DNA from: Geopsychrobacteraceae bacterium
Lineage (GTDB): Bacteria > Desulfobacterota > Desulfuromonadia > Desulfuromonadales > Geopsychrobacteraceae
Direction: 5' to 3'
Assembly (NCBI GenBank): GCA_963676795.2
Contig: CAXXTB010000002.1
Span: forward strand, 2,144,001-2,208,000
DNA: 64,000 nucleotides
Numbering within the stretch: the first letter of the stretch is position 1; the number at the start of each line of letters is the position of its first letter. Of this stretch, positions 10,982 through 21,441 are shown in pieces. Made by a program: the position numbers and the translations under genes. Below the pieces are notes generated by a model. The model was given only the letters and a program-made list of their open reading frames with translations, was not told the DNA's origin and did not search any database.

Positions 10982-11159
10982 GCGGAAGGCTCAAAAGCGT
11001 GAACTGGTTCTGCAGGGACAACTGCTGCGCTACAACCTGAAATTTCAGGTATTGCAGACCAGACAGCAGCTGATCCAGACAGAGCACAACCTGAGAATGC
11101 TCGGACGGATCATCAGCGCTCTCAGGAACTTCTGTCACCGAGAGCGCTGCACCAAATAA
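10965..11159 (+). CDS. Small basic protein in the YqjK position
   Basis: Overlaps the YqjE-like gene; RKAQKRELVLQGQLLR start. Call rests on synteny only. Confidence 0.45.
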   Translation: MMTGHKRKAQKRELVLQGQLLRYNLKFQVLQTRQQLIQTEHNLRMLGRIISALRNFCHRERCTK

Positions 11160-11163
11160 AAAG

Positions 11164-11634
11164 CTATTTCTCCATCGCCGTGACACCGGTCCGGGCAATC
11201 TCGACGACATGCTCCCAACCGACCTCGTTGATGAATTCATCGATGGTCCGGGTCGACCCTGAGACCTGGACCAACTGGATATCCTCGTTCATCTGTTCCA
11301 GAATCTCAATATTGTAGTGCTTGAGAAAGCCTTCAAGCTGCGGAGCGTCGATCTCCAGCTTGATGATCGCCACCTCCCGCCAATAACTGTGTTCCGTATC
11401 AAGTTCCTTGGCAGAAATAACCTCGGTGAACCTTTCCAGCTGTTTGAGGACCTGAACGACCTTGGCGTCGTCATTCTCCTCCAGAGTAATGGTCATTCGG
11501 CTGACTCCCGGAATCCGCGAACGACAGACAGTCAGGGTGTCAACGTTGTACATCTTCTTGCGGATCAGCATGGAGATCTTGTTGAGAACGCCCGGGTGGT
11601 CGAGTGTAAATGCCAGTATTGCCCTCCGTTTCAT
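11164..11634 (-). CDS. ilvN: Acetolactate synthase small regulatory subunit
   Basis: ACT domain DHPGVLNKIS...YNVDTL, C-terminal EIARTGVTAM; overlaps ilvB. Confidence 0.9.
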   Translation of the reverse strand: MKRRAILAFTLDHPGVLNKISMLIRKKMYNVDTLTVCRSRIPGVSRMTITLEENDDAKVVQVLKQLERFTEVISAKELDTEHSYWREVAIIKLEIDAPQLEGFLKHYNIEILEQMNEDIQLVQVSGSTRTIDEFINEVGWEHVVEIARTGVTAMEK

Positions 11635-13394
11635 GCCGCATCCTCCTGAGAAACTGTCGCATCCGGCTTCTTCGGATGCTTGACCATCATGTCTTCAAAA
11701 CCGCCGCCGGCCGGAATCATCGGCAGGACAACTTCGGCGGGATCACAAATAAATTCGAGAACCATCGGACCCTGATGGGCAACCGCTTTTTCCAGCGCAG
11801 GAGTAACATCCTCAAGTTTTTCCACCTTGAGATAGGGCAGCCCATAGGCCTGGGCGATCAACCCGAAGTCCGGACTCTGCATCGGGGTTCCGGCGTAGCG
11901 GCCATCAAAGAAAAAGGTCTGCCACTGGCGAACCATGCCCAGATAACCGTTGTTCAGGATGACGATCTTGACATCGACCTGCTGCTCCATGATGGTGCCG
12001 AGTTCCTGAATATTCATCTGGAAGCTGCCATCACCACTGATTGACCAGACCCGCTCATCGGGACGGGCAAGCTTGACCCCGATGGCCATCGGCAGAGAAC
12101 AGCCCATGGTGCCGGCACCGCCTGAGCCAAACCAGCTGTTCGGTGTCTGATAATTATAAAACCGGGCACACATCATCTGATGCTGACCGACATCAGGAAC
12201 GATCAGATCCTTGCCGGCGGTAACCTCGGAAAGACGATGAATAATCCCCTTCATCATCAACCGGCCGTCTTCACCGACACCTGTTTCGATCTCCTCCTTC
12301 AGATCCCCGGCCATGACCTGACGGAACCCTTCGATCTTTTCCAGCCAGCGCCGCCGCGGCTTGCTGGTCAGCATCGGTTCGCCGAGCAGAACGTGCAGGG
12401 TCCGATAGACATCGGCGTTAATGGCCAGACTGGTTTTGACATTTTTGTCGATCTCCGACGGATCGATCTCGACATGGATGACATCGGCATTCTGAGCATA
12501 TTCGTTGAGCTTGCCGGTCACCCGGTCATCGAAACGCATGCCGAAGGAGATCAGCAGGTCTGCTTCCATGATCGCCCGGTTTGCTTCTACCGTTCCGTGC
12601 ATCCCCATCATGCCGAGGCTTAAGGGATGATCGGCCGGTATGGCTGAAAGACCGTGAAAGGTAAAGGCCACAGGAATGTTCATCTGCTCGGCGAACTTGC
12701 GCAGCAGCTCGCCGGCATTGCTGTTGATGACTCCATGACCGCAGAAGATCACCGGCCGCTCGCTTCTGTTGATCAGATCAACCGCTTTTTTGATCGCTTC
12801 ACGCTCCGGCGTCGGCGTAAAAATATAGCCCGGCAGATCCGGTCGGTAGGATTCAAAATCGAAACTGTAGTCGTCCCCGACATGTTCATTCTGAATATCC
12901 TTGGGGACATCAATGACAACCGGTCCGGTCCGGCCGGTTTTGGCGACGTAAAAACCTTCGTGAACCGTCTCCTCAAGCAGCTCCGGCTCAAGCGGCATAT
13001 AGGTCTGCTTGCAGATCGGCATCATGACGCCGACGACATCGCTTTCCTGGAAAGCATCAGTCGCAATGACCCCGGTCGCAACCTGGCCGGTAATTGCCAC
13101 CATCGGGATCGAATCCATATAGGCGTCGGCGATACCGGTCACCAGGTTCATCGCCCCGGGACCAGATGTCGCCAGACAGACACCGACCTGAGGTGTTTCC
13201 GTCGACAATGACGCCCGGGACAATCCCTGGGCCATAAAGGTCGCCCCCTGCTCATGGCGGGACATCACAAACTTGAAGCCACCGTGCCGCTCCATCTCGT
13301 CAAAAATCGGCATGATCGTGCCGCCGGTGTAGCCGAACAGAAACTGAACCTTCTGGTCCTTCAGCGCCTTGAGCAATAACTCTTTACCCGTCAT
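11631..13394 (-). CDS. ilvB: Acetolactate synthase large subunit, biosynthetic type
   Basis: RHEQGA, TSGPGAMN, RFDDRVTG, ThDP motif GDGSFQMN...NNGYLGMVRQWQ. Likely start ATG 13394. Confidence 0.93.
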   Translation of the reverse strand: MTGKELLLKALKDQKVQFLFGYTGGTIMPIFDEMERHGGFKFVMSRHEQGATFMAQGLSRASLSTETPQVGVCLATSGPGAMNLVTGIADAYMDSIPMVAITGQVATGVIATDAFQESDVVGVMMPICKQTYMPLEPELLEETVHEGFYVAKTGRTGPVVIDVPKDIQNEHVGDDYSFDFESYRPDLPGYIFTPTPEREAIKKAVDLINRSERPVIFCGHGVINSNAGELLRKFAEQMNIPVAFTFHGLSAIPADHPLSLGMMGMHGTVEANRAIMEADLLISFGMRFDDRVTGKLNEYAQNADVIHVEIDPSEIDKNVKTSLAINADVYRTLHVLLGEPMLTSKPRRRWLEKIEGFRQVMAGDLKEEIETGVGEDGRLMMKGIIHRLSEVTAGKDLIVPDVGQHQMMCARFYNYQTPNSWFGSGGAGTMGCSLPMAIGVKLARPDERVWSISGDGSFQMNIQELGTIMEQQVDVKIVILNNGYLGMVRQWQTFFFDGRYAGTPMQSPDFGLIAQAYGLPYLKVEKLEDVTPALEKAVAHQGPMVLEFICDPAEVVLPMIPAGGGFEDMMVKHPKKPDATVSQEDAA

Positions 13395-13666
13395 ATCAAC
13401 CCCTGATACTAAGATTTTTGTCATTCAGCTGGTACGAAAAGCAACTATAACAAATAAAGTTATAATTCTAATAGTCGAAAAATGTAATTTAACGATTTTT
13501 CAGCGAATGGTGAACCATTAATTGAGCGAACCGCACGACAAGCCTCCGGGAATTTAAAACCTGTTGGTCTTTTAAGCAGATAGACACCCAGGAAAACAAA
13601 CGCGATGAGATAATATCGTTCTATTCTCTGGCCAAAACTCAGGCCAAGAGAATAACGAGACAAAGA

Positions 13667-13699
13667 AGCCATTCACCGTGACATGCACGGTAAATGGCT
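13667..13699 (-). terminator. Probable terminator downstream of the orphan histidine kinase
   Basis: Stem AGCCATT(C/T)ACCGTG with a 5-nt loop, then TCTTTGT on the minus strand. A second hairpin lies at about 13616-13658. Confidence 0.55.
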
Positions 13700-13771
13700 C
13701 CAACGGATCAGGCCGAAGATTTTTTGTCATAGTCCCCAGCTGTTATCACGAACCCAGACGGAGAGCTCCCC

Positions 13772-14791
13772 CTACTGAACCACAGGCAGATACATAGTAA
13801 AGCGGTTTCCCGTTCCGGTACTGACAACATCGACCGTTCCGCCATGGTCCTCTGCGACCGCATTGACAACGGTCAGACCGATCCCGCTGCCGCTCCGCCC
13901 CATCTGCTTTTTAGTGTAAAACGGCTCAAACAGATGAGCCAGATCCTCCTCGCTGATCGGAGCCCCGCTGTCTGAAACGCTCAGCAGAAGATACTCCCCG
14001 CAGGCAATCCCGAGGCGTTCCGCTTCAGCCTCAGCAACGGAACATATCTCTGTTGCCAGCTCGATCTGCCCCTCGCCGGCAAGAGACTCGGCGGCGTTCT
14101 GGATCAGGTTGATGATACATTTGCCCAGATGAACCGAAGAACAGAGGATTTTGGTATCCTTATCGGTCAGCCTGGTCTCCACACGGATTCCCGGGTAAAG
14201 CTTGCACAGCTGTTCCCAGTCCTGCGATTGAAGGCTTTCCAGTGCCAGGGCGTTCACCGCATTCAAATTGCGATATGCTGCGATATCACGTGACGCTGTC
14301 AACAGATCGGAGACCGACACAGCGGCCCGCAACCCCGATTCATGAATGACACCGATTGGCTTGCGCAACGTACTCTCCGGCGACAGCTGCATCAGGAGCA
14401 GCTCTGGATAGCTGACCAGACCGGACAGAATGTTATTCAGGTCGTGAGCAATCCCGCCAGCCATCTGCCCCACCAGCGCCTGTCTGGCAAGCCGATGAGA
14501 ATCCTCCGCACTGACAGACTCAGGGGCACTCTGCAACCCTGCCTGGCAATTCGCTTTCAGGCGCTGATAAAGAAAATACAGACAAGAAAGAGCGCCGAGC
14601 AGCACAACAATGACAATCAGCGCGACATAACACAGAGAGCTCGGACCGGATGATCCGACCGCTTCGCCAGCGGCCAGCGCCGGACGGGCCAGCAGCCAGA
14701 CAATCGTCATGAGTATGACAAAGGTTAGCTCTCTGGTGAAATGACTCCCTGCAATTATAGCAGTCACACAAGATTTCATAATCGTCCCCAC
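13772..14791 (-). CDS. Sensor histidine kinase (HisKA + HATPase), membrane-anchored, orphan
   Basis: H-box GIAHDLNNIL, N-box NLIQNAAES, F-box FEPFYTKK, GSGIGL. Start uncertain. Confidence 0.85.
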   Translation of the reverse strand: MGTIMKSCVTAIIAGSHFTRELTFVILMTIVWLLARPALAAGEAVGSSGPSSLCYVALIVIVVLLGALSCLYFLYQRLKANCQAGLQSAPESVSAEDSHRLARQALVGQMAGGIAHDLNNILSGLVSYPELLLMQLSPESTLRKPIGVIHESGLRAAVSVSDLLTASRDIAAYRNLNAVNALALESLQSQDWEQLCKLYPGIRVETRLTDKDTKILCSSVHLGKCIINLIQNAAESLAGEGQIELATEICSVAEAEAERLGIACGEYLLLSVSDSGAPISEEDLAHLFEPFYTKKQMGRSGSGIGLTVVNAVAEDHGGTVDVVSTGTGNRFTMYLPVVQ

Positions 14792-14953
14792 TTGTTTGAT
14801 AATACTTGATTTTTCAGAGTACGATTTTCATTTAATGAGATGGATATCAGAAAGAATTAAGGTGTTCAAATTGTATCACAACATCTGTGAATTTGTGTAA
14901 TTTTTCCAGAAAGAGAGCACGCAGCTGTTGTTTCCGGCATCAGGTTCGAGAGC

Positions 14954-14995
14954 AAAAAGAACTGACTCTCCCGGTCCGCTTGCCGGGAGAGTCAG
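14954..14995 (-). terminator. Intrinsic terminator of the TAXI-TRAP operon
   Basis: 13-bp stem CTGACTCTCCCGG/CCGGGAGAGTCAG followed by TTCTTTTT on the minus strand. Confidence 0.8.
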
Positions 14996-15011
14996 GGAAC
15001 AGGATGAGTGG

Positions 15012-17093
15012 TCAGGACGTCGCGGTTGCCGGCGCAAGACGATTGGCCTGACGGCGATTGCTGACAAACAGAACAATCAGAACAATCAGCCCGACGACAT
15101 GCACAAACCAGGGTAACGGCCAGAGCAGCAGAGCCGCAGCGACCAGAGCGACGAGCCGGAAGAGAATATTCAGGCGCATCTCCATAAAACCCTCTATACC
15201 GGCAGCAAAGGCATAGAGCCCGAAGAAAGCAAAGAAAAAGATGGTCAGATCACCCCACACCGTCCCACCGATAAAAGGCGTGTAGGCAAACAGCAGCGGA
15301 ACGATATACAACCCCTTGGCCAGTTTCCAGGATTGAATTCCGGTCGCCATCGGTTTGGTTCCGGCAATCGCCGCGCCGGTAAAAGCAGCCAGAGCGACCG
15401 GCGGGGTCACATTTGAATCCTGACTGAGCCAGAAAACGATCAGATGAGCCGAGAGCAGCGCAAAGGTCAGTGAATGCTCTGACAGCACCGCCTCACGGAC
15501 CATACTGGCCATATCGATCGGAATGGCATCGACTATGGCCCGGGCTGCAGAAATGGTCATCGGGTTACCGATCTCGGCCAGCCGATCTGGAGCCGCCAGC
15601 ATAAAGATCGCCTTGGCGGCTTCAGGGATCTGTCCATCGGCCAGAGCATGAACCAGCAGACCATCAGCGATCAGCCCGTGCAGCGCCGGTGCCGAAAGGG
15701 TTCCCAGAACGATGTAGGCAGCGGTTACAGGCAGCCCCATCCCCAATACCAGGGATGCCAGGGCAATCAGGGCGATGGCGATAATCAGGCTGTGCCCTGC
15801 CCACTCATTGATCATCAGGGAGAAGGTATTGCCGATACCAGCAGTGGCGATGACGTTGACAATCAGGCCCACGGCACAGAGCAGTATGGCCGTCATGACC
15901 ATGTTGCGCGCCCCGAGTGCCATCGCTTCGATGATCGCCCGCGGTCCCATTTTATTCTTGGTAAACCAGGATGAAACAATAACGGCAAGGATACTGATAC
16001 CAGCTGCATAGGTCGGAGTAAAACCGTAGATCAGCAAGGCAATCAGTACCGCGATCGGCAGGACAAAGACAATCCCGCCCCTTTTTATGACCTGAAGCGC
16101 CGAGACCTTTTCATAATCCATCGCCGTGACGAAACTGCGCTTGGCCTCGATACGGACAAAAAATGCGACCGTCGCAAAGTAGAGGATAGCCGGCAGAATA
16201 CTGACGATAACGATGGTGTTGTAAGAGATCTGCGTATAGGTCGCCATGACAAAGGCACCGGCCCCCATGATCGGCGGCATCAACTGACCACCGGTTGAAG
16301 CTGCGGCCTCGGTCCCCGCGGCAAACTTGTCGGGAAAACCGGCCCGCCTCATCAATGGAATGGTAATAACCCCTGTCGAGGCTGTATTGGCTACGGCCGA
16401 GCCGGAAATGGTTCCCATCAGTCCGGAGGCAAATACCGCAACCAGCCCCGGGCCGCCCACCAGACGACCGGCCACCGAGCGGGCCAGATCGATGACAAAT
16501 TCACCGGCTCCGGAGCGCAACAGGAAGGCACCAAACAGGATGAACATGTAGACGTAGGAGGAGGATATCGACGCAATGGTGCCGAACAGGGCATCGTCAC
16601 CATAGACGCTGCGAAACAGGATCGTCTCGGGAGACAGGCCGGCAAACTTGAAAACCCCGGGAATTTCCGTCCCCCACCAACCGATATAGGTCAGGGCCAC
16701 AATGATCAGAACCGGGATAAACCAGCCGGCAACCCTGCGGGTAAACTCGAGCACACAGAGACCCAGGATAATGCCGGCAACCCACTCCCCGGTATCAAGA
16801 CGAACACCGCGCGCATAGATCGCATCCTCCATGGCGATCAGGTAGAGCGCGGATCCCGCAGCGAGCAGACCAAGGACGGCATCAGCGACCCGCAAGCTCC
16901 AGGAAGGGTTGATCTTCAGCGGATAGACATAGGCCGCAACCAGAGCAAAGCCTGCGAAATGAAGAGCATTCTGCCAGAGGGTCGGCAAAACGGTGAACAC
17001 GTTGAACCAGATATGCATGATCGCGATAAGGATGCCCAGAACGACCAGCAGCCTGGATTCTATCTTGAAAATTCCAGAATCATCGGCACTCAT
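15012..17093 (-). CDS. TRAP transporter fused 4TM/12TM permease (TAXI type)
   Basis: GSAVAN, ASTGGQLMPPIMGAGAF, LGMGLPVTAAY, SNVTPPVALAA. Confidence 0.92.
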   Translation of the reverse strand: MSADDSGIFKIESRLLVVLGILIAIMHIWFNVFTVLPTLWQNALHFAGFALVAAYVYPLKINPSWSLRVADAVLGLLAAGSALYLIAMEDAIYARGVRLDTGEWVAGIILGLCVLEFTRRVAGWFIPVLIIVALTYIGWWGTEIPGVFKFAGLSPETILFRSVYGDDALFGTIASISSSYVYMFILFGAFLLRSGAGEFVIDLARSVAGRLVGGPGLVAVFASGLMGTISGSAVANTASTGVITIPLMRRAGFPDKFAAGTEAAASTGGQLMPPIMGAGAFVMATYTQISYNTIVIVSILPAILYFATVAFFVRIEAKRSFVTAMDYEKVSALQVIKRGGIVFVLPIAVLIALLIYGFTPTYAAGISILAVIVSSWFTKNKMGPRAIIEAMALGARNMVMTAILLCAVGLIVNVIATAGIGNTFSLMINEWAGHSLIIAIALIALASLVLGMGLPVTAAYIVLGTLSAPALHGLIADGLLVHALADGQIPEAAKAIFMLAAPDRLAEIGNPMTISAARAIVDAIPIDMASMVREAVLSEHSLTFALLSAHLIVFWLSQDSNVTPPVALAAFTGAAIAGTKPMATGIQSWKLAKGLYIVPLLFAYTPFIGGTVWGDLTIFFFAFFGLYAFAAGIEGFMEMRLNILFRLVALVAAALLLWPLPWFVHVVGLIVLIVLFVSNRRQANRLAPATATS

Positions 17094-17159
17094 AACACCA
17101 CACTCCACTGTGAGAGGAAGTGCGACCACCCAGCGTCCGGGTGGTCGCACAAAGACTTA

Positions 17160-18188
17160 TCAGTGAGGAATTAAGCGATCAGGAACCTTGACGCCGACTT
17201 CCTGATAATATTTCAGGGCGCCCGGGTGCAGCGGCATCGGCAGACCGGAAATGGCCTTTTCGATAGACATCGCTTTGGTCGCACCGTGAATCGCATTCAA
17301 AAACGGTAGATTTTCGTAAATTGTCTTGGTGATTTTATAGACGGCCTCTTCATCGACATCAGCACGGACGGACAAAAAGTTTGGTTGGGCGATGGTATTG
17401 ATATCCTTTTTCTGGCCCGGATAGGTCCCGGCCGGAATGACATAACGGGTCCACAGTTCGAGGCCGCCATCGGCCTTTACCAACTGCTCGTCAGTAAAAT
17501 CGAGAACCAGCATGCCGTCGCCCAGATTTGCCTTAGCCTTGGTAATGGCACTGGCCGGCACTCCGGCAGGAATACCGAAACCGGAAATCTGGCCGTTCTG
17601 CATGGCATCGGCAGTAGGCCCGTAACCGACGTAGATCAGCTTGTAATCCTCATAGATATCCACACCCAGATTTTTCAGAATAACCGCGTTGGAACCGATG
17701 GTTCCCGAGTTCTTGCTCCCCATCGACATGGTCTCGCCTTTCATGCTGACCATATCGGCGATCGTCCCGGTTTTGGCGAACTTTTTAGTAACACCGAAAT
17801 GCTCAACATTCTGCCAGAGCATAGAGACAGAGCGCAGATTTTTCTGCGGCCCCTCATTGGCTATAGGGCCGGTTCCGTTCCAGGCATAAGAGCCGAACAG
17901 CCCCTGCAGGATCGCAAACTGAACCTCGTCATCACGCAGAAGTTTGATATTTTCTCCGGAACCCGCCGAGTTGATCGCCGACATGCCGATCTTTTCCGTC
18001 GGCTGAAGCTTGACCTTGATCAGGGTGGAGAGAGCAACCCCGACAGGATAGTAGGTGCCACCGGTTGAAGCTGTGGCCATCAAGTAGTTACGCTCCTCTG
18101 CGGCCTGAAGCGGAAGAACCCCGACACAGAGAAATGCCAGAGCCAAAAAGAGTACCGCAAGCTGTTTGAAACGTTTGATCTTCTGCAT
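17160..18188 (-). CDS. TAXI-family TRAP solute-binding protein
   Basis: Signal peptide, ATASTGGTYYPVG, SAGSGENI, PLHPGALKYY; GGAGG RBS before ATG 18188. Confidence 0.92.
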   Translation of the reverse strand: MQKIKRFKQLAVLFLALAFLCVGVLPLQAAEERNYLMATASTGGTYYPVGVALSTLIKVKLQPTEKIGMSAINSAGSGENIKLLRDDEVQFAILQGLFGSYAWNGTGPIANEGPQKNLRSVSMLWQNVEHFGVTKKFAKTGTIADMVSMKGETMSMGSKNSGTIGSNAVILKNLGVDIYEDYKLIYVGYGPTADAMQNGQISGFGIPAGVPASAITKAKANLGDGMLVLDFTDEQLVKADGGLELWTRYVIPAGTYPGQKKDINTIAQPNFLSVRADVDEEAVYKITKTIYENLPFLNAIHGATKAMSIEKAISGLPMPLHPGALKYYQEVGVKVPDRLIPH

Positions 18189-18429
18189 TGTCAACCTCCG
18201 CAACATTGGAAAATGGTCAGAATGAGATATCTGACAGTGTATGTGCCAGGTGAAACTTTGCAATCACAACTAAGATCATACCATATTGGTAAGAAATATT
18301 GTTCTAGACGGTAAAATTAATATATAAAAAGCCGAATGTAAAAAAAGCGCTGCGCAGAAAATAAAACAGAAAATCAGCAGAATGGCCGGACAGAGCCGCA
18401 TAAAACAGGAGTTGACAGACTCCATATAC

Positions 18430-18455
18430 AAAAAAAGCGGGCTTTTCAGCCCGCC
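18430..18455 (-). terminator. Intrinsic terminator of the RlmI-like gene
   Basis: Minus strand GCGGGC-TGAAAA-GCCCGC-TTTTTTT. Confidence 0.75.
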
Positions 18456-18471
18456 TGTCTGTCAAATACAG

Positions 18472-19674
18472 TCAAAGATCGGAATCCTTGACGGCGAGAA
18501 CGAATTTCAGGTACTGCCCTTCCGGGAACGAAACCGTCCAGGGGAAATCCTCTGACTGCCCCAGCGTGGCCAGCACCCTCAGGCCGCTGTCAGCCTGCAG
18601 TGCGCCGCGGCGCAACTCTTTCAGATAATCGGCCAGCGCTGTTTTCTGATGATTTGACGATGCGGCCAGCAGCCCCCCCTCTTCCAGCAGGGGCAAGGTA
18701 GCCTCCACCAGTCGTGATGTCCCGCCCTGAGTCGAGAACAGACTCTTTTTGGTCGTCGAGAAGGATGGCGGATCAAACAGAATCAGGTCGAATTTCTGGT
18801 TTTCTCTAGCCATTCTTTCCAGGGTGACAAATACATCAGCAACGATGAATTCGTGCCGCTTGGGGTTAATGCGATTCAACTCAAAATTTTCCCGGGCAAC
18901 CCCCAGATACTTTTCGGAGACATCGACGCTAGTGACCTTCTTTGCACCGGCATGCGCAGCCGCCACGGAAAAAGCGCCGGTAAAGGCAAAAAGGTTCAGG
19001 ACTCTCTTACCGGCCACATGACGCATCAGCTCAAGCCGGTTGTTACGCTGATCGGGAAAGATCCCGGTATTCAGACCTTCCGCCATATCGACCAAGTAAC
19101 GCAGGCCATTCTCTTCAACGATCAAGGGGGTCGGAGCGGCCTGCCCCTGGATCAGACGACTGTAGTTCTTGTTCTGCGACTTCGCCTCCAGGGCCCGTGT
19201 TTCCTGCGGGCGCAGTTTGCGATAGATCCCGCTGGTCGGGAACACCGCCTGCAACGCAGCGAGGATCTGCTTCAGGTGAACGTCCCAGGCCTCACTGAAC
19301 AGCTGAACCATCAGGTAGCCAGCGTAATAATCGACCGTCAGACCGGGAAACCCATCCCCTTCACCATTGACCAGACGGTAGACACTGGTCTCGTCAAGGT
19401 TGATAAATCGACGCAGCAGCTTGGCCTGACGAAATCTATCCTCGAACCAGCCCTGATCGATCTGGCGCCTTTTATGGCTCAGAACCCGGGCGACAATCCG
19501 GTCTTCCGGGTCGAGCAGCGCGATCGCCAGGAATTCGTTCTTTTCCCCGACCAGCTCGACAATCTCTCCGGCCTTCCCTTTAGGCCAGTTTTTGGTATAA
19601 CGATCTGCTATCACCCATGGATGACCAAGCTCAAGCATTCTCTGGGTCGCAGTACCGACTTGTAATTTTTTCAT
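18472..19674 (-). CDS. RlmI/RlmK-like SAM-dependent 23S rRNA methyltransferase
   Basis: GHPWV (PUA domain), GEGDGFPGLTVD, TGIFPDQR, VLNLFAFTGAFS, DPPSF. Confidence 0.88.
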   Translation of the reverse strand: MKKLQVGTATQRMLELGHPWVIADRYTKNWPKGKAGEIVELVGEKNEFLAIALLDPEDRIVARVLSHKRRQIDQGWFEDRFRQAKLLRRFINLDETSVYRLVNGEGDGFPGLTVDYYAGYLMVQLFSEAWDVHLKQILAALQAVFPTSGIYRKLRPQETRALEAKSQNKNYSRLIQGQAAPTPLIVEENGLRYLVDMAEGLNTGIFPDQRNNRLELMRHVAGKRVLNLFAFTGAFSVAAAHAGAKKVTSVDVSEKYLGVARENFELNRINPKRHEFIVADVFVTLERMARENQKFDLILFDPPSFSTTKKSLFSTQGGTSRLVEATLPLLEEGGLLAASSNHQKTALADYLKELRRGALQADSGLRVLATLGQSEDFPWTVSFPEGQYLKFVLAVKDSDL

Positions 19675-19855
19675 GGATTCTCCGCGTTAATCGATGACCA
19701 GGGGATTGAATCGGGAATAAAAGCACAGACATTTATTTAAGTCGACTCTTGACTTTTCAGCTGCCGAAAAAAAATACTATACAGGTAACAAAAAAACCAA
19801 AATATTGATTCCCGAATGATATAATACGCCAAATTCTGGATATGGGGACACCTCG

Positions 19856-20650
19856 ATGGACAGCAAATTCAAAAACCGCGTTCGTGAACAATTCGGCAGA
19901 ACTGCCACTGCCTATGTCGAAGCAACACATTTTTCCAGTGGCCCGGACCTGGAAGAAGCCGCCCGGCTGCTCAGCCCGACCCAGGAAGACAACCTGCTGG
20001 ATGTCGCCTGTGGTGGCGGACACCTGGCCCTCTATTTTGCCCCGATGGTCAGACAGGTCGTCGCCTCTGACCTGACCATGCTGATGCTCAAAAAAGCCCA
20101 GGAGCATATCGCCGAAGAAGGGCGCGTTGATAACGTTATCTTTCGCGAAGCCGATGCCGAAGACCTGCCGTTCCCGGCGGGCTCATTCACCCTGCTGACC
20201 TGCCGCATCGCACCACACCATTTTCCCGACGTTCCACGTGCACTCAGAGAATTTCACCGGGTTCTGCGCCGTGGCGGACGCATGCTGATCATCGATACGC
20301 TGATGCCTTCCGATCCCGAGATCGCCGAATTCTATCAGCAGATTGAGACCAAACGAAACCCGACCCACATCAAAGCCTTCACCGAAAAAGAATGGGCGGA
20401 GATGGTTCAGGATGCCGAACTGATCCTGCATGAAACCAAGATCATCCCCAAGACCCACGATTTCCAGTCCTGGATCAAGACTGCCGGGCTCAGCCGTTCC
20501 AAGGCCCAGGAACTCAACAGGTTCTTCATGGATGCCTCCCCCAAGGTCCACGACTATTTCCAGATAGAATCCTTTGCCGGTGAGGTTGAAACCTTCACCA
20601 ACCAGAAGATTCTCATCTACGCGACCCGCAAAGAGAAGGAAAAGAAATAG
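19856..20650 (+). CDS. Class I SAM-dependent methyltransferase (UbiE/YcgJ-like)
   Basis: LLDVACGGGH, ADAEDLPFPAGSF, RIAPHHFPD. Confidence 0.88.
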   Translation: MDSKFKNRVREQFGRTATAYVEATHFSSGPDLEEAARLLSPTQEDNLLDVACGGGHLALYFAPMVRQVVASDLTMLMLKKAQEHIAEEGRVDNVIFREADAEDLPFPAGSFTLLTCRIAPHHFPDVPRALREFHRVLRRGGRMLIIDTLMPSDPEIAEFYQQIETKRNPTHIKAFTEKEWAEMVQDAELILHETKIIPKTHDFQSWIKTAGLSRSKAQELNRFFMDASPKVHDYFQIESFAGEVETFTNQKILIYATRKEKEKK

Positions 20651-20698
20651 AGAAAAGCCACGCCAGCCGGATGAGATCCCTCTCCCTGCATCGCGATA

Positions 20699-20733
20699 AA
20701 AAACAGCAGACCCGACAAGGGTCTGCTGTTTTA
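20699..20733. terminator. Bidirectional terminator between the methyltransferase and the OmpA gene
   Basis: AAAACAGCAGACCC-gacaa-GGGTCTGCTGTTTT. Confidence 0.8.
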
Positions 20734-20754
20734 GTTTCTAGCCTGCGATCAGTC

Positions 20755-21441
20755 CTACATTCCCGCGTTCTGGTTGGGAACCACATAGATCTCAACGCGC
20801 CGATTGCGGGAGCGCCCCTCCTCCGTCGCGTTGCTGGCAATCGGCTGCAGCTCTCCCCGCCCCTCGGTTCCCATCCGCCCGGAAGCCACTCCGTGGCTGA
20901 TCAGATAATCCGCGACCGCATTGGCCCGGCGCAGCGACAGTTCCAGGTTATACTGCTCGGAGCCGATGCTGTCAGTGTGGCCAGCCACGATGATCTGGGT
21001 CTGGGGGTAGCGGACCATAATGTCGGCGATCTTGTTCAGTGATGAATAGAACGTCGACTTGAGACGGGCGGAGTTGAAGTCGAAGGAGACCTCACTGCTC
21101 ATTGTCAGCTTGAGGATTTCATTCTGTTGACGCTCGATTTCGATCTGGTTCTGGGCTCTCTCACTAGCCAGCTGCCGTTCAAACTCGGCCTGTTGTTTGT
21201 CCATATAATAACCGGCTCCGGCACCGATTGCGCCACCGGCCGCACCACCAATCAGAGCCCCGCGCAAAGCACCACCTGAAGGGTCCTGCTGATAGCCGAT
21301 GATCGCACCGGACACAGCGCCGACCAAAACCCCGATTCCTGCACCCTTCTTGGTATTATCGTAACCGGTCGTTGTTGCACAACCGGACAGCAGCAACAGC
21401 GCAATAGTGACAAAACAGATCGACTTTCCAAAACTTGACAT
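20755..21441 (-). CDS. OmpA-family lipoprotein with glycine zipper (YiaD-like)
   Basis: Lipobox LSGC, glycine zipper, GHTDSIG...NLELSLRRA...NRRVEI. Confidence 0.92.
   Translation of the reverse strand: MSSFGKSICFVTIALLLLSGCATTTGYDNTKKGAGIGVLVGAVSGAIIGYQQDPSGGALRGALIGGAAGGAIGAGAGYYMDKQQAEFERQLASERAQNQIEIERQQNEILKLTMSSEVSFDFNSARLKSTFYSSLNKIADIMVRYPQTQIIVAGHTDSIGSEQYNLELSLRRANAVADYLISHGVASGRMGTEGRGELQPIASNATEEGRSRNRRVEIYVVPNQNAGM

Noticed and set aside
13425..13770. Possible ilvB attenuator (tandem hairpins, short ORFs)
   Set aside because: No Ile/Leu/Val-run leader peptide positioned before a terminator; the hairpins fit termination of the upstream kinase gene.
18233..18249. Sigma54-like CTGGCAC upstream of the TAXI operon (minus strand)
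   Set aside because: The -12 element reads CTGT rather than TTGC.
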